Below are positions 33,223 through 44,040 of a stretch of 64,000 nt of DNA, one piece after another. The stretch covers positions 119,007 through 183,006 of the forward strand of contig JAFGOY010000010.1 in assembly GCA_016926255.1 (NCBI GenBank). Reading direction: 5' to 3'. A program made the translations under genes and the position numbers. The DNA is from Anaerolineae bacterium. Lineage in GTDB: Bacteria; Chloroflexota; Anaerolineae; Aggregatilineales; UBA3940. Each line of letters starts with the position of its first letter. Within the stretch, counting starts at the first letter, position 1. The notes beneath the pieces were generated by a model. It was not told where the DNA came from, ran no database searches, and saw only the letters and a program-made list of their open reading frames with translations.

Positions 33223-34245
33223 ATGGACGAGTCACAGGTTCGCCTTTCCCTGCCCAGCAAGGGGCGGATGGAAGAAGAAACGAAGGCATTCCTCGATGAA
33301 TGCGGGATGCGGATCGAGATCACCAACCCGCGCCAGTACTTCGCCCGAATCCCGGCGCTGCCACAGGTTCAGGTGTTGTTCCAGCGGGCGCGTGATATCG
33401 CCCGATCGGTTGAGGCTGGTGACGTCGATCTGGCGATCACGGGCTTCGATATCATCGTCGATACGCTGGGCGAGGATCACCCGGAACTGGTGGTGATCCA
33501 CGAGGCGCTGGGATACAGCCATTGCAAGCTGGCGCTGGCCGTTCCCTATGAATGGGACGATGTGAGCGACATGAAATCGCTGGGCGAACGGGCGTCCCGC
33601 TCACCGGAAGGGCTGCGCGTGGCAACCAGGTACGTCAACGCGACTCGCGGCTACCTCGACCGGCACGGCCTGAGCCAGATTCGGATCGTCAGCGCGGATG
33701 GCGCGTTGGAAGCTGCCCCCTCGATTGGCTATGCAGAGCTGATCGCCGACATCACCTCGACCGGGACGACTCTGCGCGAAAACCTCCTCAAGCTGCTCGA
33801 TGGCGGCACGATAGTCGAGTCGCAGGCGGTGCTGGTTGGCAATCGAAAGGCGCTGGAATCGCGCCCGGCGGTGCGTGAAACGACGCGCCAACTGCTGGAA
33901 TTCATCGAGGCGCACCTGAGAGCCAGAGGCCAGTATCTCGTGTTCGCCAATATGCGCGGCGAGAGCAAAGACGAGATCGCCCGGCGGATTTTCGAGCAGC
34001 CCAACCTGGGCGGCTTGCAAGGCCCGACCATCTCGCAGGTGCTCACCCGTGACGGCGACAGCGGCTGGTGGGCGATCAATCTGGTGATTGCCCATGACAA
34101 ACTCTACGACTGCGTGCGGCAGGTGCGGGCCGCCGGGGGCAGCGGGGTGGTGATCACTCCGGTGGTTTACATCTTCGAGGAATACCCGGAGCGCTTCCGC
34201 AGGCTGCTGGACAATCTTGGACTACAGGAGGAGTTGGGAGAATGA
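33223..34245 (+). CDS. hisG: ATP phosphoribosyltransferase (long form)
   Basis: SLPSKGR, DLAITGFD, GALEAAPSIG..ELIADITSTGTTLREN, C-terminal regulatory domain (PTIS). Confidence 0.96.
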   Translation: MDESQVRLSLPSKGRMEEETKAFLDECGMRIEITNPRQYFARIPALPQVQVLFQRARDIARSVEAGDVDLAITGFDIIVDTLGEDHPELVVIHEALGYSHCKLALAVPYEWDDVSDMKSLGERASRSPEGLRVATRYVNATRGYLDRHGLSQIRIVSADGALEAAPSIGYAELIADITSTGTTLRENLLKLLDGGTIVESQAVLVGNRKALESRPAVRETTRQLLEFIEAHLRARGQYLVFANMRGESKDEIARRIFEQPNLGGLQGPTISQVLTRDGDSGWWAINLVIAHDKLYDCVRQVRAAGGSGVVITPVVYIFEEYPERFRRLLDNLGLQEELGE

Positions 34246-35582
34246 GCGGTGAACTGTTCGAAATCTATTCGCTGGACGAAGCACAGACGAGCATTTTGAA
34301 ACGCGTGCCGCCGGACGAGTTCGAGGTGACCGGAGGATTGTTGGATAGCATCGAGTCGATCTTCGGCGAGCGGCTGACCCCGGAGCAGGCGATCAAAACG
34401 GTGATCGGCGATGTGCGGGTGCGGGGTGACGCCGCCCTGCGGGAGTGGTCGGAGCGGATCGATAAGGTTACGCTCGATGAATTAGCCGCGACCCCGGAAG
34501 AATTCGAGGCGGCGGTCGAGGCGACCCCGCCCGAAGTTTACGAAGCGCTTGAACTCGCCGCCGAACGGATCGAGGCATTCCACCGCAAACAGCCGGTTAC
34601 CTCGTGGATCGACCCCGGCCCGGAAGGGACGCTCGGCCAGTTGATGCGCCCCATCGACCGGGTGGGCGTCTACGTGCCGGGTGGCACTGCCCCCCTGCCG
34701 TCGTCGATGCTGATGAGCGCAATCCCCGCCTGGGTCGCAGGAGTCGGCGAGGTGGTCGCCTGCACCCCACCGGCTAAAGATGGCAGCATCCCGGCGGCGA
34801 TTCTTGCGGCGGCGAAGATCGCCGGTGTGGAAAAGGTCTACCGGTTGGGCGGCGCACAGGCTATCGCAGCGATGGCCTACGGAACTGAATCGGTGCCGAA
34901 GGTCGATAAGATCGTGGGGCCGGGGAATTTATTCGTGATGCTCGCCAAGCGGCAGGTCTACGGCGCGGTGGGGATCGACGGGCTGCTTGGCCCGACGGAG
35001 ACAATGGTGATCGCCGATGAATCGGCCCACCCGGCGACCATCGCTGCCGATCTGCTGGCCCAGGCCGAACATGATGTGCTGGCTCAGGCATTACTCATCA
35101 CTCCCAGCCGCGAACTGGCAATGGCTGTCGAGGTCGAGATCAGGCGGCAGGTTGAACAGCGCAGCCGGGCCAATATTATCGCCGAGTCGCTGCCCCGTGC
35201 GGGTGGGGCGGTGATCGTCGCCGACCTGGACGAAGCCTTCGAGGTTGCCAACGCCTACGGCGCGGAACATCTCCAACTCTCGGTGAAAGACCCCTTTGCC
35301 TGTCTGGGGAAGGTCAAACATGCCGGGGCAGTTTTTCTGGGTGAATCGTCCTTCGAAGTGCTGGGCGATTACGTCGCCGGGCCAAGCCACAGCCTGCCGA
35401 CCAGTGGATCGGCACGCTACGCGTCGGGGATCAATGTGCTGGATTTCGTCAAGGTCACCAGCGTGATCGGGTTGGAAGCGGGCGCAGCCGCCGAGTTGAG
35501 CAGGTCGGCGGCGATCATCGCCCACGCGGAAGAACTCGACGGGCACGCGGCGGCGGCGGAAGCACGGATCAAATCGGAATAG
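34242..35582 (+). CDS. hisD: Histidinol dehydrogenase
   Basis: VGVYVPGG, GGAQAIAA, VGPGN, DLLAQAEHD, AEHL, GDYVAGPSHSLPT. Confidence 0.98.
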   Translation: MSGELFEIYSLDEAQTSILKRVPPDEFEVTGGLLDSIESIFGERLTPEQAIKTVIGDVRVRGDAALREWSERIDKVTLDELAATPEEFEAAVEATPPEVYEALELAAERIEAFHRKQPVTSWIDPGPEGTLGQLMRPIDRVGVYVPGGTAPLPSSMLMSAIPAWVAGVGEVVACTPPAKDGSIPAAILAAAKIAGVEKVYRLGGAQAIAAMAYGTESVPKVDKIVGPGNLFVMLAKRQVYGAVGIDGLLGPTETMVIADESAHPATIAADLLAQAEHDVLAQALLITPSRELAMAVEVEIRRQVEQRSRANIIAESLPRAGGAVIVADLDEAFEVANAYGAEHLQLSVKDPFACLGKVKHAGAVFLGESSFEVLGDYVAGPSHSLPTSGSARYASGINVLDFVKVTSVIGLEAGAAAELSRSAAIIAHAEELDGHAAAAEARIKSE

Positions 35583-35586
35583 GCCA

Positions 35587-36705
35587 ATGAAACCAACGAT
35601 AGAAGACGCGCTCAACCTGATCCGGCCCGACATCGCCGGGATGGAACCGTACACGCCAATCGTGCCCTTCGAGGTGCTGAGCGAGCAATTAGGGCGCAGG
35701 CCGGAAGACCTCGTCAAGCTGGATGCGAACGAAAATCCCTACGGGCCATCACCGAAAGCGCTGGCGGCGATGGGTAAGCTCGATGCGACTGCCCACATCT
35801 ATCCCGACCCGGAAGCACGGAAGCTGCGGGAAGCACTGGCGGATTACGTCGGGGTAGGGGCGGAATACATCATGGCCGGGGCCGGGGCCGATGAGATCAT
35901 CGACCTGCTGATGCGGCTGTTCATCCAGCCCGGCGACGGGGTGATCAACTGCCCGCCCTCGTTCGGGATGTACCCCTTTGATGCCGCGCTCCACGCCGCA
36001 AACCTGATCGAAGTACCGCGCCGGGCCGATTTCTCGCTCGATGTGGAAGGGATCGAGTGGGCGGCGGCGCAGGAGAACGTCAAACTGCTGCTCGTCTGCT
36101 CGCCGAACAACCCCGACGGCGGGCTGATCGCCCCCGACGACCTGGATCGGCTGCTCCGGCTGCCGCTGATCGTCGTCGTGGACGAAGCCTATATCGAGTT
36201 CGGCGGGGTGGGGAGCGCCTCGCGGCGCGTCTCGGAGACGCCCAACCTGATCGTGCTTCGAACGTTCAGCAAGTGGGCAGGGCTGGCCGGGCTGCGGGTC
36301 GGCTACGGCGTCTTTCCCCTGCACTTCATGGAACACCTGTGGAAGATCAAACAGCCGTACAACGTCAACGTCGCCGCCGATGCTGCTGCGCGGGCCTCGC
36401 TCGATGACGTCGAAACCCTGATGGCAACCGTCGAATTGTTAAAAGCCGAACGCGAACGGCTAGCAGCCGAACTCGCCGCGATCCCTTACCTTGCGCCCTA
36501 TCCAAGCCGGAGCAACTTTATCCTGTGCCGGGTGGATGGTATCGAGGCGGGCGAACTCAAACATCGGTTGGCCGAAGACTACGGCATCTTGGTCCGCTAC
36601 TATCGGAAAGCGCGGCTGTTTGATCATGTGCGGTTCAGCGTGGGCAAACCCGAACAAACCGACCGGCTGATCGAGGCGCTGCAAGCGATTGGAGAGTCAT
36701 TATGA
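35587..36705 (+). CDS. hisC: Histidinol-phosphate aminotransferase
   Basis: [37 protein letters not shown]. Confidence 0.97.
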   Translation: MKPTIEDALNLIRPDIAGMEPYTPIVPFEVLSEQLGRRPEDLVKLDANENPYGPSPKALAAMGKLDATAHIYPDPEARKLREALADYVGVGAEYIMAGAGADEIIDLLMRLFIQPGDGVINCPPSFGMYPFDAALHAANLIEVPRRADFSLDVEGIEWAAAQENVKLLLVCSPNNPDGGLIAPDDLDRLLRLPLIVVVDEAYIEFGGVGSASRRVSETPNLIVLRTFSKWAGLAGLRVGYGVFPLHFMEHLWKIKQPYNVNVAADAAARASLDDVETLMATVELLKAERERLAAELAAIPYLAPYPSRSNFILCRVDGIEAGELKHRLAEDYGILVRYYRKARLFDHVRFSVGKPEQTDRLIEALQAIGESL

Positions 36706-37298
36706 GCATGCGACAGGCAAAGATCACACGGAATACGAACGAAACACAGATCGAACTGACGCTGAACGTTGACGGCAGCGGCAAAGCATCGATTGATACG
36801 GGGGTCGGCTTTTTCGACCATATGTTGCATCACATCGCCGTACATGGCCTGTTCGATCTCGACGTAAAAGCCAGCGGCGACCTGGAGATCGACGCACATC
36901 ATACAGTTGAGGACATTGCAATTGTCTTCGGGCAGGCGCTCGACAAAGCGCTGGGTGATCGTAAGGGCATCGTGCGGATGGGTGAATCAACCGTACCGAT
37001 GGACGAAACACTCGCACGGGTCATTGTCGACCTGAGCGGCAGGCCCTATGCTGTGATACAGGGGACTTTCAACTTCGAGATGCTCGGCCAGATGCCGACG
37101 ACGCTCGTCCCCCACGTTCTGGAGACGATTGCCATTCATGGGAAGATGAACCTTCACGCCGAAGTCCTGTACGGGCGCGACGATCATCACAAGGCCGAGG
37201 CGCTGTTCAAGGCGCTGGGCCGGGCACTCGATCAGGCCACGCGGCTCGATCCGCGTCGCGGAGGCGTGCCCAGCACAAAAGGTACGTTAACTGCCTAG
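36702..37298 (+). CDS. hisB: Imidazoleglycerol-phosphate dehydratase
   Basis: [30 protein letters not shown]. Confidence 0.98.
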   Translation: MSMRQAKITRNTNETQIELTLNVDGSGKASIDTGVGFFDHMLHHIAVHGLFDLDVKASGDLEIDAHHTVEDIAIVFGQALDKALGDRKGIVRMGESTVPMDETLARVIVDLSGRPYAVIQGTFNFEMLGQMPTTLVPHVLETIAIHGKMNLHAEVLYGRDDHHKAEALFKALGRALDQATRLDPRRGGVPSTKGTLTA

Positions 37299-37303
37299 CA
37301 TTG

Positions 37304-37445
37304 CGGGGCGCTGCCCCGCACCCCGGAAGGGAAATAATTTCCCTTCACCCTATCACCTATTTATCGGGCACAGCCCGATAAATAGATATGAGTTTTGATC
37401 AAACTTTTTCAAAAGTTTGTGGGGTTCCAGGGGCAGGACCCCTGG
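37304..37445. repeat. ~140-bp multi-hairpin intergenic element, copy 2
   Basis: Inverted-orientation homologue of 13788-13930, located between hisB and hisH. Confidence 0.85.
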
Positions 37446-37504
37446 AAATGACAAAGCACAATAAAAGAAGCACCTATATATGCCAACGGGGGGGACACCT
37501 GTAC

Positions 37505-38134
37505 ATGATTGCGATTATCGATTACGGCGCGGGGAATCTGAGAAGCGTCGCCAACGCCTTCCGCTATCTGGGCGCGAACAGCAAGACGGTCAGCACGCCG
37601 GGTGAACTGAAAGACGCCGAGAAGATCGTGCTACCGGGCGTGGGGGCGTTCGGCGCGGGGATGGCGAACCTGCGCAAGTCGGGATTCGAGGAGCCGATCA
37701 AAGAGGCGGCGAAGGCGGGTATCCCGCTGCTGGGCATCTGCCTGGGCCTGCAATATCTCTTCGAGTGGAGCGACGAAATGGGCCGCCATGAAGGGCTGGG
37801 CCTGCTGCCCGGTTACATCACGCGCTTCCCGGAGGGCGATCCCCGGCTGGCCGGGATGAAAATCCCCCATATGGGCTGGAACGAGCTTCACATCAAGCGC
37901 GATCACCCGTTGATGAAGGACGTGAAGCCGGGAAGTTTCGCATATTTCGTCCATTCATATTATGCTGTCCCTGCCGACACCGGCGATATCGTCGCCACGA
38001 CCGATTATGGCTTCGATTTTGCGTCGGTTGTTGCACGTGGCAATGTGATGGGAATCCAGCCGCACCCGGAAAAAAGCCAGTTAGTTGGCCTGCGTATCCT
38101 GCGCAACTTTGTGGAAATGGAGCGTGATTTATGA
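37505..38134 (+). CDS. hisH: IGP synthase glutaminase subunit
   Basis: IIDYGAGNL, LPGVG, GICLGLQ, IPHMGWN, QPHPEKS. Start moved to ATG 37505 because the ORF-track extension runs through the repeat. Confidence 0.96.
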   Translation: MIAIIDYGAGNLRSVANAFRYLGANSKTVSTPGELKDAEKIVLPGVGAFGAGMANLRKSGFEEPIKEAAKAGIPLLGICLGLQYLFEWSDEMGRHEGLGLLPGYITRFPEGDPRLAGMKIPHMGWNELHIKRDHPLMKDVKPGSFAYFVHSYYAVPADTGDIVATTDYGFDFASVVARGNVMGIQPHPEKSQLVGLRILRNFVEMERDL

Positions 38135-38853
38135 TTGTTTACCCGGCAATAGACCTGCGCGGCGGCAAAGTCGTCCGTTTGCAGCAGGGGGACCCCACAC
38201 GAGAAACTGTTTACGGCGATGATCCGGTGGCCGTGGCCGAACGCTGGAAGGAAGCCGGGGCAAAGTGGCTGCACGTCATCAACCTGGATGGGACGCTTGG
38301 CGAGGCGGTTCACAACCTCGAAACGCTGGCTAATCTCAGCAAAGTTGGCCTGCCGATCCAGTTTGGCGGTGGTCTGCGTACGCTGGACGATGCACAAAAG
38401 GCGCTCGACGCGGGTGCGGCGCGGATCATCCTGGGGACGCTGGTCGTTCATACCCCCCGGCTGGCCTGGGTTGCGGTAGAACGGTTCGGACAGGATGCGG
38501 TCGCAGTAGCGCTCGACGCACGTGACGGGCGGGTCTGGACGCACGGCTGGACGGAGATCAGCAGCTGGATGCCCATCGAACTGGGGCAGCGTTTCGCCGA
38601 TATGGGCGTGAAGTATGCGCTGTATACCGACATCACCCGCGACGGCGAACTGACCGGCATTAACGTCGAGGCAACCTCGGAACTGGCCGGTGAAACCGGT
38701 ATGCACGTGATCGCCGCCGGGGGTGTGGCCGTCCTCAACGACATTCGCGCGGTGAAGGCCGCCAGGAACGAAATCGAGGGCGTGGTGATCGGTAAGGCGC
38801 TTTACACCGGGTCGATGGACCTGGCCGAAGCATTGAAAGTCGCCACTGAATAG
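38131..38853 (+). CDS. hisA: ProFAR isomerase
   Basis: [36 protein letters not shown]. Confidence 0.97.
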   Translation: MIVYPAIDLRGGKVVRLQQGDPTRETVYGDDPVAVAERWKEAGAKWLHVINLDGTLGEAVHNLETLANLSKVGLPIQFGGGLRTLDDAQKALDAGAARIILGTLVVHTPRLAWVAVERFGQDAVAVALDARDGRVWTHGWTEISSWMPIELGQRFADMGVKYALYTDITRDGELTGINVEATSELAGETGMHVIAAGGVAVLNDIRAVKAARNEIEGVVIGKALYTGSMDLAEALKVATE

Positions 38854-38876
38854 GAATAACTGGAGAAGGACGCTTT

Positions 38877-39653
38877 ATGCTGGCTAAACGAATCATTCCC
38901 TGCCTCGATATCCACGATGGACGGGTGGTCAAGGGAGTCAACTTCGTCAACCTGATCGACGCCGGGGACCCGGTCGAACATGCGCGGGTATACGATCAGG
39001 AAGGTGCGGACGAACTGACCCTGCTGGATATTACTGCAACACACGAGGAACGCGACACCATGCTCGACGTGGTGCGCCGCGTGGCCGATGCGATCTTCAT
39101 CCCCTTCTGCGTGGGTGGCGGCCTGCGCACCATCGACGATATCCGCGAGACGCTGCTGGCCGGGGCCGACAAGACCTCGATCAACAGTTCGGCGGTGCGG
39201 ACGCCGGAATTGATCGGCGACGGGGCGGAGCGCTTCGGCAGCCAGTGCATGGTGGTCGCCATTGACGCCAAGTGGAACGGCGAGTTCTACGAGGTCTATG
39301 TTTCCGGCGGGCGCATCCCGACCGGGAAAGACGCCGTCAAGTGGGCGAAAGAAGCCGAAGATCGGGGCGCGGGCGAAATCCTGCTGACAAGCATGGACGG
39401 CGACGGCACCCAGGCCGGGTACGAACTCAGGCTGACTCGTGCCGTGGCCGATGCGGTCAATATCCCGGTGATCGCGTCAGGCGGCGCGGGAACGATGGAG
39501 CATTTCTACGAAGCATTGACCGCAGGTAATGCCGATGCCGCGTTAGCGGCCAGCCTGTTCCACTTCCGGGAGATGACCATCAGCGATTTGAGACACTATT
39601 TACGGGAACGAGGCGTGATCGTTCGATCACCGGAGGAGGCAGACCTTGATTGA
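38877..39653 (+). CDS. hisF: IGP synthase cyclase subunit
   Basis: [41 protein letters not shown]. Confidence 0.98.
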   Translation: MLAKRIIPCLDIHDGRVVKGVNFVNLIDAGDPVEHARVYDQEGADELTLLDITATHEERDTMLDVVRRVADAIFIPFCVGGGLRTIDDIRETLLAGADKTSINSSAVRTPELIGDGAERFGSQCMVVAIDAKWNGEFYEVYVSGGRIPTGKDAVKWAKEAEDRGAGEILLTSMDGDGTQAGYELRLTRAVADAVNIPVIASGGAGTMEHFYEALTAGNADAALAASLFHFREMTISDLRHYLRERGVIVRSPEEADLD

Positions 39654-39978
39654 AATCGAACAGGTGCGCTGGGATGACCGGGGATTGTGCCCGGCAATCG
39701 TTCAAGACGAGGCCAGCGGGCAGGTATTGATGATGGCCTATATGAACGCCGAATCACTGCGTATGACGCTCGAAATGGGCGAGACGGTGTTCTGGAGCCG
39801 CAGCCGCCAGGAACTCTGGCACAAGGGTGCGACGAGCGGCAATACCCAGAAAGTAACCGGTATCTGGATCGACTGTGACGAAGACACGATTCTGGTGAAG
39901 GTCAACCCCGCCGGGCCTGCCTGTCATACCAACGAATTCAGCTGCTTCTTCCGGACGATCAAAGCGCCGAAGAAATAA
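39646..39978 (+). CDS. hisI: Phosphoribosyl-AMP cyclohydrolase
   Basis: [36 protein letters not shown]...SCF. Confidence 0.97.
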   Translation: MIEIEQVRWDDRGLCPAIVQDEASGQVLMMAYMNAESLRMTLEMGETVFWSRSRQELWHKGATSGNTQKVTGIWIDCDEDTILVKVNPAGPACHTNEFSCFFRTIKAPKK

Positions 39979-40177
39979 AATCGTAACGGACATTTCGTGA
40001 CCATTTCCGGACGGCGGCGATGTAACGAAATGGGGAATTACGGGACACATAATCGTTACGTTTTCCGCCCGGCTCATCCCTTTCGTTACAACGGGTCGTC
40101 GATCAGAAGAATCTGACAACTGATTTATAGGAAAAGGGCGACCGGGTGGTTGTCCTTCCGTGAATGTTGGAGGGCCG

Positions 40178-40462
40178 ATGGCCGACATGATTGAAAAGGT
40201 TTTTGCGATCATCGAAGATCGCAAAGCGAATCCAAAAGAGGGGTCGTATACCAATCACCTTTTTGACTCCGGGGAAGACGAGATCGTCAAAAAGGTGGGC
40301 GAAGAAGCCATCGAGGTGATCGTCGCGGCGAAGGGGCAAGGAGACGAACGGCTGATCAGCGAAGTGGCCGATCTGACCTATCACTGCCTGGTGCTGCTCG
40401 CTTCTCGCGGGCTTTCCCCCGCCGACATTTCCCAGGAACTCGAAAGGAGATACAACCAGTGA
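40178..40462 (+). CDS. hisE: Phosphoribosyl-ATP diphosphatase
   Basis: SYTNHL, KKVGEEAIE, EVADLTYHCLVLL. SD GGAGG before ATG 40178. Confidence 0.95.
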   Translation: MADMIEKVFAIIEDRKANPKEGSYTNHLFDSGEDEIVKKVGEEAIEVIVAAKGQGDERLISEVADLTYHCLVLLASRGLSPADISQELERRYNQ

Positions 40463-41973
40463 CCACACGCAGGGCATTATTAAGCGTTTATGACAAGACG
40501 GGTTTGATCGAGTTTGCACGGGGATTATCCGGGGCAGGCGTCGAACTGGTATCGAGCGGCGGCACCGGGAAGGCGCTGCGCGAGGCAGGTCTTGAAGTGG
40601 CAACGGTTGAGGATCTGACCGGGCTGCCGAGCGTGCTGGGCGGGCGCGTCAAGACGCTGCACCCGGCGATTCACGGGGGAATCCTGGCGCAGGATACTGC
40701 CGAAGACGCGGCAACGCTCGAAGAATCAGGCTGGGGCTGGATCGACCTGGTGGTGGTGAACCTCTACCCCTTCGTCGAGACGATCTCGAAAGCCGGAGTG
40801 ACCGAGGTCGAGGCCATCGAGCAGATCGACATCGGCGGAGTGGCGCTGATCCGGGCAGCGGCCAAGAATTTTAAGCGGGTGACGGTGATCACGACCCCGG
40901 AGGATTATGCGGCGGTGCTGGCAGAGATCGAGGCAGAGGGAGACACGTTATTAGAAACACGGCGCAGGCTGGCCAAAAAGGCATTCGCGGTGACGGCGGC
41001 CTACGATACAGCCATCGCCGGGTACTTTGCGGGCGAGTCTGGCGAAGTGCTGCCCGCTGCGCTATCGATCACGATGCCACAGGAAATGATATTACGCTAT
41101 GGCGAGAATCCCCACCAGCAGGCGGCCCTCTACACCCCGGCCGGCGTCGGGCCACTGGGGGCCGATCAATTGCAGGGAAAGCCGCTTTCCTACAACAACC
41201 TGCTCGACATCGACGCGGCATGGACAGCCATGAGCGATTTCGAGGACCCGGCTATCGTGATCGTGAAGCACCTCAGCCCGTGCGGGATCGCGGTCGGCGA
41301 GAACCTGCCGGAAACGTTCGATGCGGCACTGGCTTCCGACCCGGTATCGGCCTACGGGAGCGTGATCGCCTGCAACCGGACTTTCGATAAGCCGACGGCG
41401 ACAGCACTTGGCAAGCTGTTCGTCGAAGCCATCGCCGCGCCGGAATTCACCGAGGAGGCGCTCGAAATGCTGGCAAGCCGCAAGAACTGCCGCCTGCTCA
41501 AAATGAAGCCGCTCGAAGACCCGGCGGTGATGATGCGCTCGGTGCGGGCCGGGATGCTGATCCAGACGATGGATCGATCAGAGGATGCGGAATGGCGGAT
41601 CGTAACCGAGAAGCAGCCTACCGATCAGGAGATGGCGGCGCTGCGCTTCGCGTGGAAAGTGGTCAAGCACGTCAAGAGCAACGCGATTGTGATTGCGAAT
41701 GAAACAGCCACGCTCGGCATCGGCGGGGGGCAGCCCAGCCGGGTCGACGCGGTGAAGATCGCCGTCGAGAAGGCGGGAGATCGCGTCAAGGGGGCGGTGC
41801 TGGCTTCGGATGCCTTCTTCCCATTCCCTGACGGGCCGGAAGTGGCAGCCCAGGCCGGGGTGAGCGCCATCGTTCAGCCGGGCGGATCGATCCGGGATGA
41901 CGTGGTGATCGAGGCGGCCAATAAGCTGGGAATTTCGATGGTGTTTACCGGCGTGAGACATTTCAGGCATTAG
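40459..41973 (+). CDS. purH: Bifunctional AICAR transformylase / IMP cyclohydrolase
   Basis: ALLSVYDK, GRVKTLHP, IDIGG, LRYGENPHQ, LSYNN, KSNAI, ASDAFFPF, QPGGS. GTG start overlaps the hisE stop (GTGA). Confidence 0.98.
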   Translation: MTTRRALLSVYDKTGLIEFARGLSGAGVELVSSGGTGKALREAGLEVATVEDLTGLPSVLGGRVKTLHPAIHGGILAQDTAEDAATLEESGWGWIDLVVVNLYPFVETISKAGVTEVEAIEQIDIGGVALIRAAAKNFKRVTVITTPEDYAAVLAEIEAEGDTLLETRRRLAKKAFAVTAAYDTAIAGYFAGESGEVLPAALSITMPQEMILRYGENPHQQAALYTPAGVGPLGADQLQGKPLSYNNLLDIDAAWTAMSDFEDPAIVIVKHLSPCGIAVGENLPETFDAALASDPVSAYGSVIACNRTFDKPTATALGKLFVEAIAAPEFTEEALEMLASRKNCRLLKMKPLEDPAVMMRSVRAGMLIQTMDRSEDAEWRIVTEKQPTDQEMAALRFAWKVVKHVKSNAIVIANETATLGIGGGQPSRVDAVKIAVEKAGDRVKGAVLASDAFFPFPDGPEVAAQAGVSAIVQPGGSIRDDVVIEAANKLGISMVFTGVRHFRH

Positions 41974-41993
41974 CCCTGACCCGGAATAATCTA

Positions 41994-42797
41994 ATGCAAA
42001 ACCTTGATGCCAGTTTTGACTTTGAACCTGAGATGGTACTGATCCCCGCCGGGGCGTTCCTGATGGGCAGTTCTGAGAACGATAGCCTGCACATCAACCG
42101 CGAGTCTGAGCAGTTCGAGCTGACCCTCGACTACGATTATGCCATTGGCAGGTACCCGGTGACGGTCGGGCAGTACCGTGCTTTCGTCGATGCAGGCGGG
42201 TATCGTGAAGATCGCTGGTGGACGGATGCGGGCTGGCAGCGGCGCGAATTGAAAGGCTGGACGCAGTCCCGCTACTGGGACGATCAGAAATGGGCCGGGG
42301 ATGACAATCTGCCGGTCGTGGGCGTTTCATGGTATGAAGCCTGTGCTTACACGCGCTGGCTGTCCGAAGTCACCGGGCGCAAGTATCGTTTGCCTGCCGA
42401 ATCCGAATGGGAGAAGGCGGCACGCGGCGGACTGGAGAACAACCCTAACCCGGCACGCATCTGGCCCTGGGGCGATGATCCGCCGACGGACGAACTGTGT
42501 AATTTCCAGGGGAACATGGGCCGCACCAGCCCGGTCACCAGTCACCCGGAACAGGCTCGCCGACAGCCTTACGGCCTGTACCATATGGCAGGGAATGTCT
42601 GGGAATGGTGCCTGTCGAAATGGGCGGCTCCATACACCTATCCCGAAGACAACGATCCCGAAGGCGATGCCGTCCGGGTGCTGCGCGGCGGCTCCCATGA
42701 CTACGATGCTGTAAAGGCCCGCTGTTCAACTCGTGGCACTGGCTCACCCCGCGATGAAGGCCACAACCGGGGTTTCCGTGTAGTGGGGTCGTTCTAA
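41994..42797 (+). CDS. Formylglycine-generating enzyme (FGE/SUMF1)-fold protein, probably non-catalytic
   Basis: FLMGS, YPVTVGQY, PVVGVSWYEA, YRLPAESEWEKAARG, MAGNVWEW, RVLRGGS, GFRVV. Confidence 0.88.
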   Translation: MQNLDASFDFEPEMVLIPAGAFLMGSSENDSLHINRESEQFELTLDYDYAIGRYPVTVGQYRAFVDAGGYREDRWWTDAGWQRRELKGWTQSRYWDDQKWAGDDNLPVVGVSWYEACAYTRWLSEVTGRKYRLPAESEWEKAARGGLENNPNPARIWPWGDDPPTDELCNFQGNMGRTSPVTSHPEQARRQPYGLYHMAGNVWEWCLSKWAAPYTYPEDNDPEGDAVRVLRGGSHDYDAVKARCSTRGTGSPRDEGHNRGFRVVGSF

Positions 42798-42810
42798 TCA
42801 AAGATGGTAA

Positions 42811-43818
42811 TTGTCGAAGATTCGTCATACTCCCTTACTATTTCCCCGGTATGATCAGCCCGACCGAACCATCAACGAGGAAAACTTTGTGACGACTTTA
42901 CATTTTGCGCACCTGACCGATATTCACATCACGCATAAACAAACCTGGTGGGGATCGATGGGCGAACTGCCTGAGCGCCTGCTTGTCGAAACCATCGACC
43001 AATTGAACGCGATCCCCGATCTCGACTTCGTGCTGATCACCGGCGATGTAATCGACGGATCAACGGAGGCGGAGATCGACCATTTCAACGATTTGCTGGC
43101 ACGGCTCAAAACGCCCTGGCATTTCGTGCCCGGCAACCACGACGGTTTCATCGATCCAGCTCACCCCGATGCACTTCCCCCGGCGGAAGCGGTCGCCCGG
43201 ATCGACCGGCGGTTCACACCGGCCACGGCAGGTATCCAGCAGGCGTATTTCAGCCGCGAGGCCGGTGCGGGCGTGCGGCTGATCGGACTGGATTCCCGGC
43301 GCAGCGAAGACTGGAGCGGGGAGATCGGCCCGGCGCAGTTCGAGTGGCTTGAATCGGAACTCGACGCCAGCGGCGACGATTGTGTGATCGTCGCGCTCCA
43401 TCACCCGCTGCACAACCTCGATGCGATCAATACCCGCGAGTGGTGGTCGAATTTCATCTGCGACAACGGTGCGGAAGTCGAGGCGCTGCTGGATCATTAT
43501 CCACAGGCCAAGCTGGTGATCAGCGGGCACCACCATGCCCAGCAGATTCGCCGGCGCGGGGGGCGGCTGCACGTCTGCACCGGTGCCCTGACCGGCTACC
43601 CGTGTGTGTACCGGTTGATCCGTGTTTCGACCGGCGGCGAGGGCTGCCACATGGCGATCAGCACACATTCACCTGCCGACGAGGAGGCGCTCAAGATAAA
43701 TTACGACCTGATGCTTGAAGCAAGTGTATCGCGTGATTACAATCCGGAAGACGGGACGGCCTGGGCGCGGTTCGTTGCCGGTGAGGACGGGGATCAGTCG
43801 TTCGAGGGTGTGCTATAA
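42811..43818 (+). CDS. Calcineurin-like metallophosphoesterase (CpdA/Icc-like)
   Basis: HLTDIH, TGD, PGNHD, LHHP, SGHHH. The true start may be GTG near 42889. Confidence 0.88.
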   Translation: MSKIRHTPLLFPRYDQPDRTINEENFVTTLHFAHLTDIHITHKQTWWGSMGELPERLLVETIDQLNAIPDLDFVLITGDVIDGSTEAEIDHFNDLLARLKTPWHFVPGNHDGFIDPAHPDALPPAEAVARIDRRFTPATAGIQQAYFSREAGAGVRLIGLDSRRSEDWSGEIGPAQFEWLESELDASGDDCVIVALHHPLHNLDAINTREWWSNFICDNGAEVEALLDHYPQAKLVISGHHHAQQIRRRGGRLHVCTGALTGYPCVYRLIRVSTGGEGCHMAISTHSPADEEALKINYDLMLEASVSRDYNPEDGTAWARFVAGEDGDQSFEGVL

Positions 43819-43865
43819 ATCAGAGAGTGCCAAATTGCGTGGAGTTGGTGCCATTAAGACTGGCC

Positions 43866-43910
43866 GACCCCCTTCACCGCTGCGCGGCACTTCCCCCTTC
43901 CAGGGGGCAG
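43866..43910. repeat. REP-like palindrome, family C
   Basis: ACCCCCTTCACCGCTGCGCGGCACTTCCCCCTTCCAGGGGG is similar to 48718-48765 and 48915-48956. Confidence 0.65.
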
Positions 43911-44040
43911 ATATTTACCTGTGTGTGCCAGCACCTCCAGACAATTTGACGCTCTTATAAATCTGCTCCGTGCGTGCCGAAACGTCAAAACGCGTTATAA
44001 TCGCCGCGATTTGAACCCTGAAGAAAACGGAAAGACGCGC

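Noticed and set aside
37388-37504. N-terminal extension of HisH in the ORF track
   Set aside because: It starts inside the ~140-bp repeat, is not coupled to the hisB stop, and canonical HisH begins at MIAIIDYG (37505) after a G-rich SD.
41994-42797. Complete diversity-generating retroelement or sulfatase-maturation pair
   Set aside because: No reverse transcriptase, Avd or template repeat in the window. The FGE-fold protein lacks catalytic Cys and the sulfatase-like gene lacks a Cys/Ser target.
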